From Alkanindiges sp. WGS2144 (GTDB lineage: Bacteria > Pseudomonadota > Gammaproteobacteria > Pseudomonadales > Moraxellaceae), in assembly GCF_043950625.1 (NCBI RefSeq), contig NZ_CP171007.1: a DNA stretch of 32,000 nt; one strand, given 5' to 3'. The position numbers were made by a program, and so were the translations under genes. The stretch's first letter is position 1. Every line of letters starts with the position of its first letter. Below are positions 18,138-26,196 of the stretch, piece by piece. The notes below the pieces were generated by a model. The model saw only the letters and a list, made by a program, of their open reading frames with translations, had not been told where the DNA came from and searched no databases.

Positions 18138-19234
18138 AAGTCAACTTGAGAAATAAGTAGTTTATTTATCTTTCCTTTTACTTGAAGAGTAATCTCATTC
18201 CAATACATATAGCTCGGTTTATTAACTAGAAAACAATCTTTTAGCTGCTTAACTATAGCAGACGCTAGACTTTCAGGATTATTTGGTTCTGCTAAATAAG
18301 GCTCTAACTCTGCAGCTTGGTTTGGAAAGTTTGCAAACAAATTTGGTGAGCGTGTCGCAACGATAGGACGTTGCATCATCATGGCTTCTCCTATTTTATT
18401 AGGCGCAGCTGCATCAAGAAAAGCAGAGCGACGATGTGGAATAGCGAGTGCATCACAAGCGGCTAGTGCATAAGGCACCTCTCTAAAAGGTACATTACCT
18501 AGGTAGCGTATACTCGGTTGGCTCAAATCTAAGTTTGGATCAGATCGTCCACCTAGTAGTAGCATTATATCATGACCTTGCTGGCGTAATATTTTTACAG
18601 CATCTATTAAATCTTGCACACCTCTATCGGGCTCCATACTACCAAAATAGCCCACAAATGTTTGTGCTAGAGGTAGCTGTAGCTTAGTCCGTGCTTCTGT
18701 TTTGTCTATAGTCGTAAAATGCTTGGCATCTATGCCATTACTCAAGATTGTATCGTATTGCGGTTGCCCCAGTTTCTGTAATAATGTATGACTAGCAAAA
18801 AAACGCATATCTGCTTTTTTTAATAAGAAGCCAAATAGGTCAAATCCTAGTGGCTTCATATATCCAGAGAATTCATCATATTTATCGTATACATCAAATA
18901 TAAATTTTGCTTTATGCGATATTGCTAATATATAACCCAGTAGACCAATATAACAATCTCCACTTGCTATAATTACATCATATTTTTCTTGCTCAATGCT
19001 TTCTTGAATATATTGGTAGAACACTGCTCCTGTTTTTACAGGTGTAGAGGTGATTTTTAAGTGTTTGTCAGTGGCTTTTATTTTTTTTGATGAATGATAG
19101 TCAATAAGCCAGAGCTTAATTTTTATATCTTGCTCTTTGGATAAATGTAAGGGTAACTGATAAATACGACCGAATTTTTCAGTTAGCGCATCACGGTTAG
19201 TATTGAAGCGTTTGCCTATGAAAAGGATATTCAT
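18134..19234 (-). CDS. GT-B fold glycosyltransferase (GT4-like, divergent)
   Basis: 366 aa. MNILFIGKRF..., FVGYFGSMEPDRGVQDLIDAV and APNKIGEAMMMQRPIVATRSPN have a GT1/GT4-like layout. The classic EX7E is less clear than in its neighbours. Confidence 0.65.
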   Translation of the reverse strand: MNILFIGKRFNTNRDALTEKFGRIYQLPLHLSKEQDIKIKLWLIDYHSSKKIKATDKHLKITSTPVKTGAVFYQYIQESIEQEKYDVIIASGDCYIGLLGYILAISHKAKFIFDVYDKYDEFSGYMKPLGFDLFGFLLKKADMRFFASHTLLQKLGQPQYDTILSNGIDAKHFTTIDKTEARTKLQLPLAQTFVGYFGSMEPDRGVQDLIDAVKILRQQGHDIMLLLGGRSDPNLDLSQPSIRYLGNVPFREVPYALAACDALAIPHRRSAFLDAAAPNKIGEAMMMQRPIVATRSPNLFANFPNQAAELEPYLAEPNNPESLASAIVKQLKDCFLVNKPSYMYWNEITLQVKGKINKLLISQVDL

Positions 19235-19248
19235 ATAATTGGAATTCT

Positions 19249-20427
19249 CTATAAATTTTCTACTACATAATGTAAGGATCTCCCAAAATTAAACCATTCA
19301 AATTGCTTAGCAAAATTTTGAATATCATCCTTATTTTGAATATTATCCTTTGACAATGGACTTTCTAACAATAAAATAATCTGTTTACTTAGTTTTATAT
19401 AATTATTTCTTTCTACTAAATAACCAGAAACTCCATCTTTTACTGCGTCCACAACACCTCCTGTTGCAAAGCCAACAGTAGGTAAGCCATGGGCAGCGGC
19501 TTCAATGGCGACCATACCAAAACCTTCGGGATCATCAGGAATATGGCGTACAGGAAACACATGTATGTCTGATACTTCATACACAATAGCTAACTGTTCC
19601 TTATCAGTTATTACACCAAGAAATACTATATGACTTTCAATCTTATGATTTCTAGCCACCTTTAATATCTCTTCCTGAGTTTGCATACCTGCAGCTAAAG
19701 AATTTCTAGGTGATTCACCAACTACAACCAAAATAGTATTAGGCTCGTGTTTTACTATTTCAGGCAAAGAATATTTAACAAACTCTTTTAAACCCTTACG
19801 TGTGGTTAGGCGCCCTACAGAGAGAAGGATTTTTTTATTTTTAAGATTATACGTTTGTCTGAATGCCTGAACCTTTTCCAATGGCTGAAAAGCCGTCGGT
19901 AGCTCAACTCCTGGATAAACAATACTAATAATTTCTTCCCGTATTCCAGCATTACTGGCTAACACTTTGGTAGGCCTACTATTAACAATAATATGATCTA
20001 ATTTTTTAAAAAAAGGAATCCAAAAAATTTGGTAGCTTTTTTTGGGGACAGTAATGTCAAAGCCATGTAGATAAGCTATTGACTGTGCTCCGCAAAGTTT
20101 GCTAGTAAACCATGCCAACGGTGCAGTTAAGCCGCTACCAGCCAGAATTACATCTGGTCTGTCTATTAAAGCAAACCAAATAGACTTGATAAAAGCAACA
20201 AACATAAATAAAGGCAAGGGTTTTAGGGGTGCTTCACTTAGTTTTATGTTTTTTGGCTTTAACTTCTTTGACCCTCTAGGGCCTATCACCTTTACCTCAG
20301 TATATTTACTGAGTTCATCAGCCATATGCCAATTGAGGCGCTCCATACCCCCTACAAGAGGCGGCAAATTGCGAGTAATTATTAAAATCTTTCTAGAAGA
20401 GCTTGCTTTATTTGAAAGGGTTGTCAT
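19249..20427 (-). CDS. GT4-family (GT-B) glycosyltransferase
   Basis: 392 aa. ILIITRNLPPLVGGMERL, VGRLTTRKGLKEFV and PEGFGMVAIEAAAHGLPTVGFATGGVVDAVKDGVSGYLV carry the EX7E region. The start overlaps the end of the acyltransferase gene by 20 nt. Confidence 0.85.
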   Translation of the reverse strand: MTTLSNKASSSRKILIITRNLPPLVGGMERLNWHMADELSKYTEVKVIGPRGSKKLKPKNIKLSEAPLKPLPLFMFVAFIKSIWFALIDRPDVILAGSGLTAPLAWFTSKLCGAQSIAYLHGFDITVPKKSYQIFWIPFFKKLDHIIVNSRPTKVLASNAGIREEIISIVYPGVELPTAFQPLEKVQAFRQTYNLKNKKILLSVGRLTTRKGLKEFVKYSLPEIVKHEPNTILVVVGESPRNSLAAGMQTQEEILKVARNHKIESHIVFLGVITDKEQLAIVYEVSDIHVFPVRHIPDDPEGFGMVAIEAAAHGLPTVGFATGGVVDAVKDGVSGYLVERNNYIKLSKQIILLLESPLSKDNIQNKDDIQNFAKQFEWFNFGRSLHYVVENL

Positions 20428-22342
20428 ATCTTTTTAGGTACTCAATTGCTATTTCCTTAGAGCCAGCATAAGTAAGATGCTGACTATCCCGATAGAGTGG
20501 GATTCCATTTAGCGAGGAATAACATTTTACGCTATCACAAATAATACGGTTAAGATCTAGTACAATAAGCTCAGGATAGCGTTGCTGTACTTTATTTAAT
20601 ATATCTAACCATTCAGCAAAGTCTGCATCATACTTCACTTTATCAAATGTACAATCATCTTTGACAAAATCTTTTCTCAAATTGCAGTTAATGTCTACAT
20701 CGACCAAGATCGGATTATCATTAATCAGGACAGGGGCGGCGCCCGTTTGAGCAATAGCCTTAATAGCTTTCTCTAAACCTAGGATAAAGTTTTGCTTAGA
20801 GTTTTTTTCTTCTAAAGAACCATCTTCGGCTAAAGAGTATATATTTCTTTCCCAATTATGAGGAAAAAACCCCCCCATAATTACAAACCTAAATTTATTA
20901 TTTTTGATCAATGTTTGATTGGATGAATTAATTTGATAAAAATTTTGATTGACCTGAATTTCTCCTGTTTGCATGTTCCGAACTGATCTATTCATACCAG
21001 GCAGGTAAGCCGTAGAGGAAAAAGTAACTTCATAACCTTTGAGCTTCGCGTTCTTTGCCAAATAATCAACAAAACCTCTCTGGGCATTAGCATGACTGTC
21101 GCCTACTAATAGAAAGTCTATTTTTTCTTTGTTAGTTTCTCCTAAAAAGCAGTCCGAATGTGGATGATTGCTTTGGTCTATACATTTAATCTGGTTAAAG
21201 TCATCTATAACTTGGCTAGGTAATGCTGTTGCTTGTTTGGCATTTTGTAGAATAGAAAAATTGTTCACACCAAAAGCTAATACAATTATTAAGCTAGGGA
21301 GAGCAAATAAAGTTTGAATAGGTTTATGCCGATATAAGAAATAAAGCTTAATTTTTTTCTCTATTAATTCATAAGTTAGGCCTGAAAAAGCAATTGTAAG
21401 AACTATAACAGCAATAGAAGTGAGGCTGGTAAGAGGTACTGATAACAGAGATAAATAGACAATAATAGGCCAATGCCATAAATACATGGGATAGGAAATC
21501 TTTCCTATGTATTGTATTGGCTGAAAAAATTTACCTGCAAAACCATGGGCGCCATAAATAAATAGTGCAGCACCTAGACAGGGTGCAAGAGCAGTGTATG
21601 AGGGAAATAGGGAGTTTCGCGTAATTAATAGACTGGATACAATTATTAAAGTAAGTGAAGCTATCGCCATAAGAGTTGAGATTTGGGGACTAAACTTCTT
21701 TGGGGGCAATAAAGTAATAAGAGCACCTATGCAAAACTCAAAAATGCGCGAGGGCAATAAATAGTAAGCTCCTATAGGATCTTTTAAGGCGGAAATATAA
21801 GAAACAACAAGTGACAGTAGAGTAATAAAGATTAGAACGATTAGCCTCGATTTACCTTTAATATTAAGTAGAAACAAAAAAAACACTGGCCATACTAAAT
21901 AAAATTGCTCTTCTAAGCTTAATGACCATATATGAAGTAGAGGAGTTGACCTTGCAGAAATACTAAAATAGTCATTGAGTAAAGTATAATAATAAATATT
22001 TGAGGTAAGGGTAACAGAAGCAACAGCAGTTTTAAGGAATTCCTTCCATTCACCTTCAGTTAGAATAGAGTAAAATACGATAGAGCTGCTAAAGATAACT
22101 GTGAAAAAAGCTGGAGCTAAGCGAATAATGCGGCGTTGATAAAAATCTTTAAATGAAAAGCAAGTGGTTGTTTGCCTCTCTTGAGAAATAGCTCTGGTGA
22201 TGAGGAATCCAGAAATGACTAAAAAAACGTCAACTCCAATGAATCCACCTTTAAAATAGGAGAATTCAAGATGATGAAAAATAACTAATAGTACAGCTAA
22301 AGCTCTAAGGATATCGATGTGGGGTAAATACGTGGTTTTCAT
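20408..22342 (-). CDS. acyltransferase-3 (AT3) membrane domain fused to a periplasmic SGNH domain (OafA/OatA-like O-acetyltransferase)
   Basis: 644 aa. N-terminal YLPHIDILRALAVLLVIFHHL...GFIGVDVFLVISGFLIT is the AT3 signature, followed by ~10 TM segments. The C-terminal soluble domain has SGNH block I (LLVGDSHANA) and a distal DSQHLT. Confidence 0.85.
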   Translation of the reverse strand: MKTTYLPHIDILRALAVLLVIFHHLEFSYFKGGFIGVDVFLVISGFLITRAISQERQTTTCFSFKDFYQRRIIRLAPAFFTVIFSSSIVFYSILTEGEWKEFLKTAVASVTLTSNIYYYTLLNDYFSISARSTPLLHIWSLSLEEQFYLVWPVFFLFLLNIKGKSRLIVLIFITLLSLVVSYISALKDPIGAYYLLPSRIFEFCIGALITLLPPKKFSPQISTLMAIASLTLIIVSSLLITRNSLFPSYTALAPCLGAALFIYGAHGFAGKFFQPIQYIGKISYPMYLWHWPIIVYLSLLSVPLTSLTSIAVIVLTIAFSGLTYELIEKKIKLYFLYRHKPIQTLFALPSLIIVLAFGVNNFSILQNAKQATALPSQVIDDFNQIKCIDQSNHPHSDCFLGETNKEKIDFLLVGDSHANAQRGFVDYLAKNAKLKGYEVTFSSTAYLPGMNRSVRNMQTGEIQVNQNFYQINSSNQTLIKNNKFRFVIMGGFFPHNWERNIYSLAEDGSLEEKNSKQNFILGLEKAIKAIAQTGAAPVLINDNPILVDVDINCNLRKDFVKDDCTFDKVKYDADFAEWLDILNKVQQRYPELIVLDLNRIICDSVKCYSSLNGIPLYRDSQHLTYAGSKEIAIEYLKRYDNPFK

Positions 22343-22469
22343 TTAAATATATTGTTTTTACTATGGCTAAGCTGTTTTGATGAATACAAATAATAATACT
22401 TAAGTGACATTTTTTACTACTAGAATTAATTTTCTGAATTTAAGCAGTTGATTTAGATGGTATTTTTTT

Positions 22470-22485
22470 TGGCATAAAAATTGCT
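22470..22485 (+). promoter_or_regulatory. sigma-54 (-24/-12) promoter of the second pilin gene
   Basis: TGGCAT-aaaaa-TTGCT compared with the consensus TGGCAC-N5-TTGCW. It ends 34 nt upstream of the ATG and is preceded by a T8 tract. RBS aaaagga at 22505-22511. Confidence 0.75.
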
Positions 22486-22519
22486 GATTATGCTAAGAAA
22501 TAAGAAAAGGATATAAATC

Positions 22520-22969
22520 ATGCCTAGTCAGCACGGCTTTACACTCATAGAGCTTATGATTGTGGTGGCAATTATTGGGCTTCTAGCTGCCATAGCCATT
22601 CCTGCCTATCAGAATTATACAGCACGGAGTCAGGTTGCGGAAGCATTGAACATGGCTAATGCTTTTAAAGGGGAAGTAGTTAGCTATTATGGTGAGTCTG
22701 GTACTTGTCCAACGATTACAGGTTTAGGACTGCCAGCCTCTGGTGATTTAAATGGCCGTTATATAGATTCTTTGTCTACTTCTACCCCACAAGGGGCAGT
22801 TTGTGCCATTACTTTTAACTTTAAATCAGCAGGAACAAATAGTGGGTTGAAAAATAAGCATCTGACCTTGGCTATGCTGGATATTAGCATTCAAGGTTCT
22901 GCACAGTGGCTATGTTCTTCTGAAGATATACAGCAAATTTATCTGCCCAGTACTTGTCGGGGTATCTAA
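22520..22969 (+). CDS. second type IVa pilin paralogue (four-cysteine, 149 aa)
   Basis: MPSQHG|[27 protein letters not shown] gives the same 6-aa leader length and processing site as pilA. The globular domain is unrelated in sequence. Cysteines sit at precursor positions 63, 95, 132 and 146. The protein ends ...STCRGI. Confidence 0.9.
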   Translation: MPSQHGFTLIELMIVVAIIGLLAAIAIPAYQNYTARSQVAEALNMANAFKGEVVSYYGESGTCPTITGLGLPASGDLNGRYIDSLSTSTPQGAVCAITFNFKSAGTNSGLKNKHLTLAMLDISIQGSAQWLCSSEDIQQIYLPSTCRGI

Positions 22970-23091
22970 AACTATTACAAATTATACGCCTTAATGACTT
23001 TAAGTTACACCGCCTCAACATTCTACTAACAGATATATTCACAGTTGGGGGTTAATATTATTGTTATCCCAAGATTCAAAGACCCCCTTCA

Positions 23092-23118
23092 GCCCGCCCC
23101 CCGCGGGCTTTTTTTTGG
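23092..23118 (+). terminator. intrinsic terminator after the second pilin gene
   Basis: agcccgc (23092-23098) pairs with gcgggct (23104-23110) around a ccccc loop. A T-run of 7-8 follows. Confidence 0.8.
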
Positions 23119-23163
23119 GTGTTCATTGCAGACAGTAGACAGGCCGATCATTAAAATAAGTTT

Positions 23164-23568
23164 TTAAGTGTCAAACCAGTTGAGGCATTGCAAACCTGTA
23201 ACTCGTCTAAATTCCCGTATATTACGCGTCACGAGCTGTCCATGTACAGACAGTGCTGTTGCTGCAATTAATACATCATGGGCGCCAATGGGCGTACCCA
23301 ACTTTTCCAGATCGACCCTGACCTTCGCTGCTATTTGAGCGACCTGCTCATCAAAGGGAATCACCCGAACATATTGTAAAAAGTGCGCTAGGGCTTGCAA
23401 ACGTGGCTTGGCTTGCGAGGGCGCTAAGCGTCGTAAGCCGTATTGCAATTCATAAACCACGATGGCAGGTACAGCAACTTGCTCAGGTGTGGTCGCTTCC
23501 AAAGCAGCTACAACACACGGTTCGCCTCGAAAATAATAACTAATCGTATTGGTGTCTAAGACAAGCAT
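23164..23568 (-). CDS. vapC: PIN-domain toxin (VapC family)
   Basis: 134 aa. MLVLDTNTISYYFRG is the PIN N-terminus, with IVVYELQYG and AHDVLIAATALSVHGQLVTRNIREF. It overlaps the upstream antitoxin stop by 1 nt. Confidence 0.85.
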   Translation of the reverse strand: MLVLDTNTISYYFRGEPCVVAALEATTPEQVAVPAIVVYELQYGLRRLAPSQAKPRLQALAHFLQYVRVIPFDEQVAQIAAKVRVDLEKLGTPIGAHDVLIAATALSVHGQLVTRNIREFRRVTGLQCLNWFDT

Positions 23569-23801
23569 TAAAATATAATCCGATCTGGGTCTTTTCCTTC
23601 CTGTAAGGTTTCATCCCGCAAGGGAAAGTCAGTAAATGACCCCGCCAGTTGCGTTAGAGTAACAGGCCATTGCTGCCTGGCATGTTTTTTTATCAGGTCA
23701 GCCACCCATTTGCTGTTGGATACCCCTGATAGTTTTGCCGATTGCCGCAGTAATTGTTCAATTTCATCATCTAGATATAAAGTAATTTGTGACATGTTCA
23801 T
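23568..23801 (-). CDS. vapB: ribbon-helix-helix (CopG/VapB-like) antitoxin
   Basis: 77 aa. ITLYLDDEIEQLLRQSAKLSGVSNSKWVADLIKKH fits the RHH pattern of a beta-strand followed by two helices. It is translationally coupled to the PIN gene. Confidence 0.7.
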   Translation of the reverse strand: MNMSQITLYLDDEIEQLLRQSAKLSGVSNSKWVADLIKKHARQQWPVTLTQLAGSFTDFPLRDETLQEGKDPDRIIF

Positions 23802-23932
23802 GCCTCCTGAATAGTTATAATATAATTTCTATTATAAGTTTATTTCATGCTTTTTAGTAGAGTGGTGGGTAAAGCAACAAACTTTCTGCCAACAATCTGA
23901 ATTCAACACGCTCATCCTGCTTGTTCAGAAAT

Positions 23933-23953
23933 AAAAAACTGGCACAAGGCCAG
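23933..23953 (-). terminator. intrinsic terminator after bfr (minus strand)
   Basis: On the minus strand, ctggc-cttgt-gccag is followed by ttttttat. It lies 30 nt after the bfr stop. Confidence 0.6.
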
Positions 23954-23982
23954 TGGAGTAAAGCGAAAAAAGCCAGCGCTTA

Positions 23983-24447
23983 TTAAAGCTGCGACTGGAT
24001 AAAGTTTTCAATACCAATTTCATTAATCAGGCCAAGCTGCGTACCTGTCCAGTCAATGTATTCTTCTTCGCTGTCCATAATTTCGCGTAGCATATCGCGG
24101 GTCACAAAATCCGCTGCTTGTTCAGCATGGGCAATGGCTGCTTTGAGCGTGGTATGGTTGTCATTGGCCATACGCAGGTCGCAGGCCAGAATTTCCTGCG
24201 TGTGCTCACCAATGTGCAGTTTGCCCAGCTGTTGCAGGTTTGGCAGGCCTTCTAAAAATAATATGCGTTTGATGACCTTGTCGGCATGCTTCATCTGGTG
24301 GATGGATTCCTTGTAAATATGATGCCCCAGCTTGTCAATGCCCCAGTCTTCCAGCATTCGGGCATGCAAAAAATACTGGTTAATGGCAGTAAGCTGGTTA
24401 TACAGAACCTGATTTAAGTGAACAATCACTTGCCGATCACCTTTCAT
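23983..24447 (-). CDS. bfr: bacterioferritin
   Basis: MKGDRQVIVHLNQVLYNQLTAINQYFLHARM...ESIHQMKHADKVIKRILFLEG carries the di-iron E/H ligands and the heme Met in the IHQMKHAD context. I place the start at ATG 24447, preceded by tgagg. The track ORF extends to a TTG at 24480. Confidence 0.93.
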   Translation of the reverse strand: MKGDRQVIVHLNQVLYNQLTAINQYFLHARMLEDWGIDKLGHHIYKESIHQMKHADKVIKRILFLEGLPNLQQLGKLHIGEHTQEILACDLRMANDNHTTLKAAIAHAEQAADFVTRDMLREIMDSEEEYIDWTGTQLGLINEIGIENFIQSQL

Positions 24448-24685
24448 GGCAAACCTCACAATATTGTTTTTTAGCATCAAGGCTTAAGGTACGCCAAAAA
24501 CTGTATTTCTTCGAGTGCTTTATGGAACTGCAAATGAAAATAACAATCAGATGAAATAGTTTTGTCTAAGCTTGGCAGGATATTAACGGTTCGTAGTGCT
24601 GTAGATGCGCCGCAGCAATTTTGACTATATGCTGTGCTACACTGTTAAGTTGAAATCAGGAGTCATTCTGCACTGGAGCAAAATA

Positions 24686-25267
24686 ATGAGCATTGCCTAT
24701 AAATACCATATGAGTGAGCAGGACTATTTAAGCAGTGAACTGACTAGCCCGGTTAAGCGCGAATTTATTGCTGGTGAAGTGTTTGCCATGGTCGGGGCGA
24801 GTTCCGCGCATAATCTGATAACCGGTAATATGTATGCAGCGCTGCATCAACATCTTAGAGGCAAACCCTGTCGTCCTTATACCAATGATATGAAAGTGCG
24901 TATTGCCGGGGATTATTATTATCCGGATGTGCTGGTGGATTGTAGCGAGCTGGCTGATGATGACTATGCCACGCACACCCCGATTTTAATCATTGAGGTG
25001 TTATCGCAATCCACCAAAATCTATGACAAAACCTTTAAGCGTGAGCGCTATCAGCAAATTCCCACCTTGCAGGAATATGTGATGATTGAGCAGGAAACAG
25101 CCGTGGTTGAAGTGCTGCGTCGCATGGATAGCTGGCAGCCACATTACTATGGTTTGGGTGAGCGGTTCAGGCTGGAATCTATAGGGCTAGAGATGTCGGT
25201 AGAAGAGGTATATGAACGGATTAACAATGAAGACATGCGAGCCTGGCGGGCGCAATCAGCAGGTTAA
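24686..25267 (+). CDS. Uma2-family (DUF820) putative endonuclease
   Basis: REFIAGEVFAMVGASSAHNLI...YYYPDVLVDCS...PILIIEVLSQSTKIYDKTFKRERYQQIPTLQEYVMIEQ matches the Uma2 PD-(D/E)xK-like pattern (PDv.v....., EVlS.sT...D...K...Y). The start is set at ATG 24686, after ggag. The track ORF begins at 24605. Confidence 0.8.
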   Translation: MSIAYKYHMSEQDYLSSELTSPVKREFIAGEVFAMVGASSAHNLITGNMYAALHQHLRGKPCRPYTNDMKVRIAGDYYYPDVLVDCSELADDDYATHTPILIIEVLSQSTKIYDKTFKRERYQQIPTLQEYVMIEQETAVVEVLRRMDSWQPHYYGLGERFRLESIGLEMSVEEVYERINNEDMRAWRAQSAG

Positions 25268-25360
25268 GATGTTTTATGGCACAAAGATATGAAACAACAT
25301 AATAAAAATCCGCCTTAGATGGATGTTGATAACCTAAAGCGGAGAGGAGAAAGCAAAAAT

Positions 25361-25555
25361 TCAGGCGGCTACAGAAATCCGTGCCGCAATCTCGGCCAGG
25401 TTCTGGTCAATGAGTTCGCGTGCTTCAGGAACACAGCGGCCACAGCAGGTACCAATATCCAGCTCATCACGCACGTCACGGAAGCTGGAAGCCCCATTTT
25501 CTACACTCGCCCGGATTTGGCGATCGGTCACAGCACGGCACAGGCAAACATACAT
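25361..25555 (-). CDS. bfd: bacterioferritin-associated ferredoxin ([2Fe-2S])
   Basis: 64 aa. MYVCLCRAVTDRQIR...GTCCGRCVPEAREL shows the CxC...CxxC cluster ligands typical of Bfd. Confidence 0.9.
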   Translation of the reverse strand: MYVCLCRAVTDRQIRASVENGASSFRDVRDELDIGTCCGRCVPEARELIDQNLAEIAARISVAA

Positions 25556-25587
25556 GGCTTGTTTTTCCGATAGTGAAAGTACAAATA

Positions 25588-25617
25588 AGATAATAGATAT
25601 TATTGATAATTATTATC
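25588..25617. promoter_or_regulatory. Fur box(es) upstream of bfd
   Basis: attattgataattattatc (25599-25617) matches the 19-bp consensus GATAATGATAATCATTATC at 15 of 19 by my count. An overlapping gataatagatattat begins at 25588. The element lies 33-60 nt upstream of the bfd start. Confidence 0.65.
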
Positions 25618-25716
25618 GTTTGTCAAGCAATCTTGATCGCTATGCTCAAAATTTACCTGATTTTTTGTAAGTGGTGTTTTTGTAAATATATACTCTTTTT
25701 ACAGCGTATGAGCAAC

Positions 25717-25738
25717 AAAAAAGCCACACAGGGCGGCT
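25717..25738 (-). terminator. intrinsic terminator after ridA (minus strand)
   Basis: On the minus strand, agccgc-cctgt-gtggct (one G.U pair) is followed by tttttg. It lies 21 nt after the ridA stop. Confidence 0.55.
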
Positions 25739-25758
25739 AATTTGCACAGGCCTCGCAT

Positions 25759-26145
25759 TTAATTGGCAGAAATCACCAGTACACCATCCATTTCAACTTG
25801 TGCACCACGCGGCAGACTGGCCACACCCAGGGCAGCACGGGCCGGGTAGGGCTGGGTAAAATATTCGCCCATAATCTGGTTGACCAATTGAAAATTGCCC
25901 AGATCGGTTAAAAAGATGTTGAGCTTGGCGATGTCGGCCAGTGAGCCACCCGCTGCTTCACATACGGCTTTTAAGTTGTCAAACACGCGGCGAATTTGTG
26001 CTTCAGTGCCATCCACCAGCTCCATGCTATATGGATCCAGGCCAATTTGCCCGGACAGGTACACCACGTTATCAATTTTAATGGCCTGTGAATAAGTGCC
26101 AATTGCCGCGGGTGCCTGTTCGCTGTGAATGACGGTGCGTGCCAT
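25759..26145 (-). CDS. ridA: RidA-family reactive-intermediate deaminase
   Basis: [28 protein letters not shown]...KLNIFLTDL...[23 protein letters not shown] is canonical YjgF/RidA sequence. The start is set at ATG 26145, after ggag. Confidence 0.92.
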   Translation of the reverse strand: MARTVIHSEQAPAAIGTYSQAIKIDNVVYLSGQIGLDPYSMELVDGTEAQIRRVFDNLKAVCEAAGGSLADIAKLNIFLTDLGNFQLVNQIMGEYFTQPYPARAALGVASLPRGAQVEMDGVLVISAN

Positions 26146-26196
26146 GGGAAGCTCCATTAATTAGTCAGTTGTGCCGCATCATAACGGATTTGGGGC

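Noticed and set aside
18800-22470. Homopolymer tracts considered as possible phase-variation switches. Examples: T8 at 19081-19088 inside the second GT-B gene, an A8 run near 21875-21883 inside the acyltransferase gene, T7/A7 runs in the third GT4 gene, and T8 at 22463-22470 abutting the -24 element of the second pilin promoter.
   Set aside because: All are A/T runs of 8 nt or less in very AT-rich DNA, where such runs are expected by composition. No poly-G/C or longer repeat tracts are present. Only population sequencing showing length variation would revive the idea.
25319-25670. Plus-strand ORFs 25319..25573 and 25410..25670 overlapping bfd.
   Set aside because: The minus strand encodes a canonical Bfd (CxC...CxxC), and the region 25588-25617 is a Fur box rather than coding sequence.
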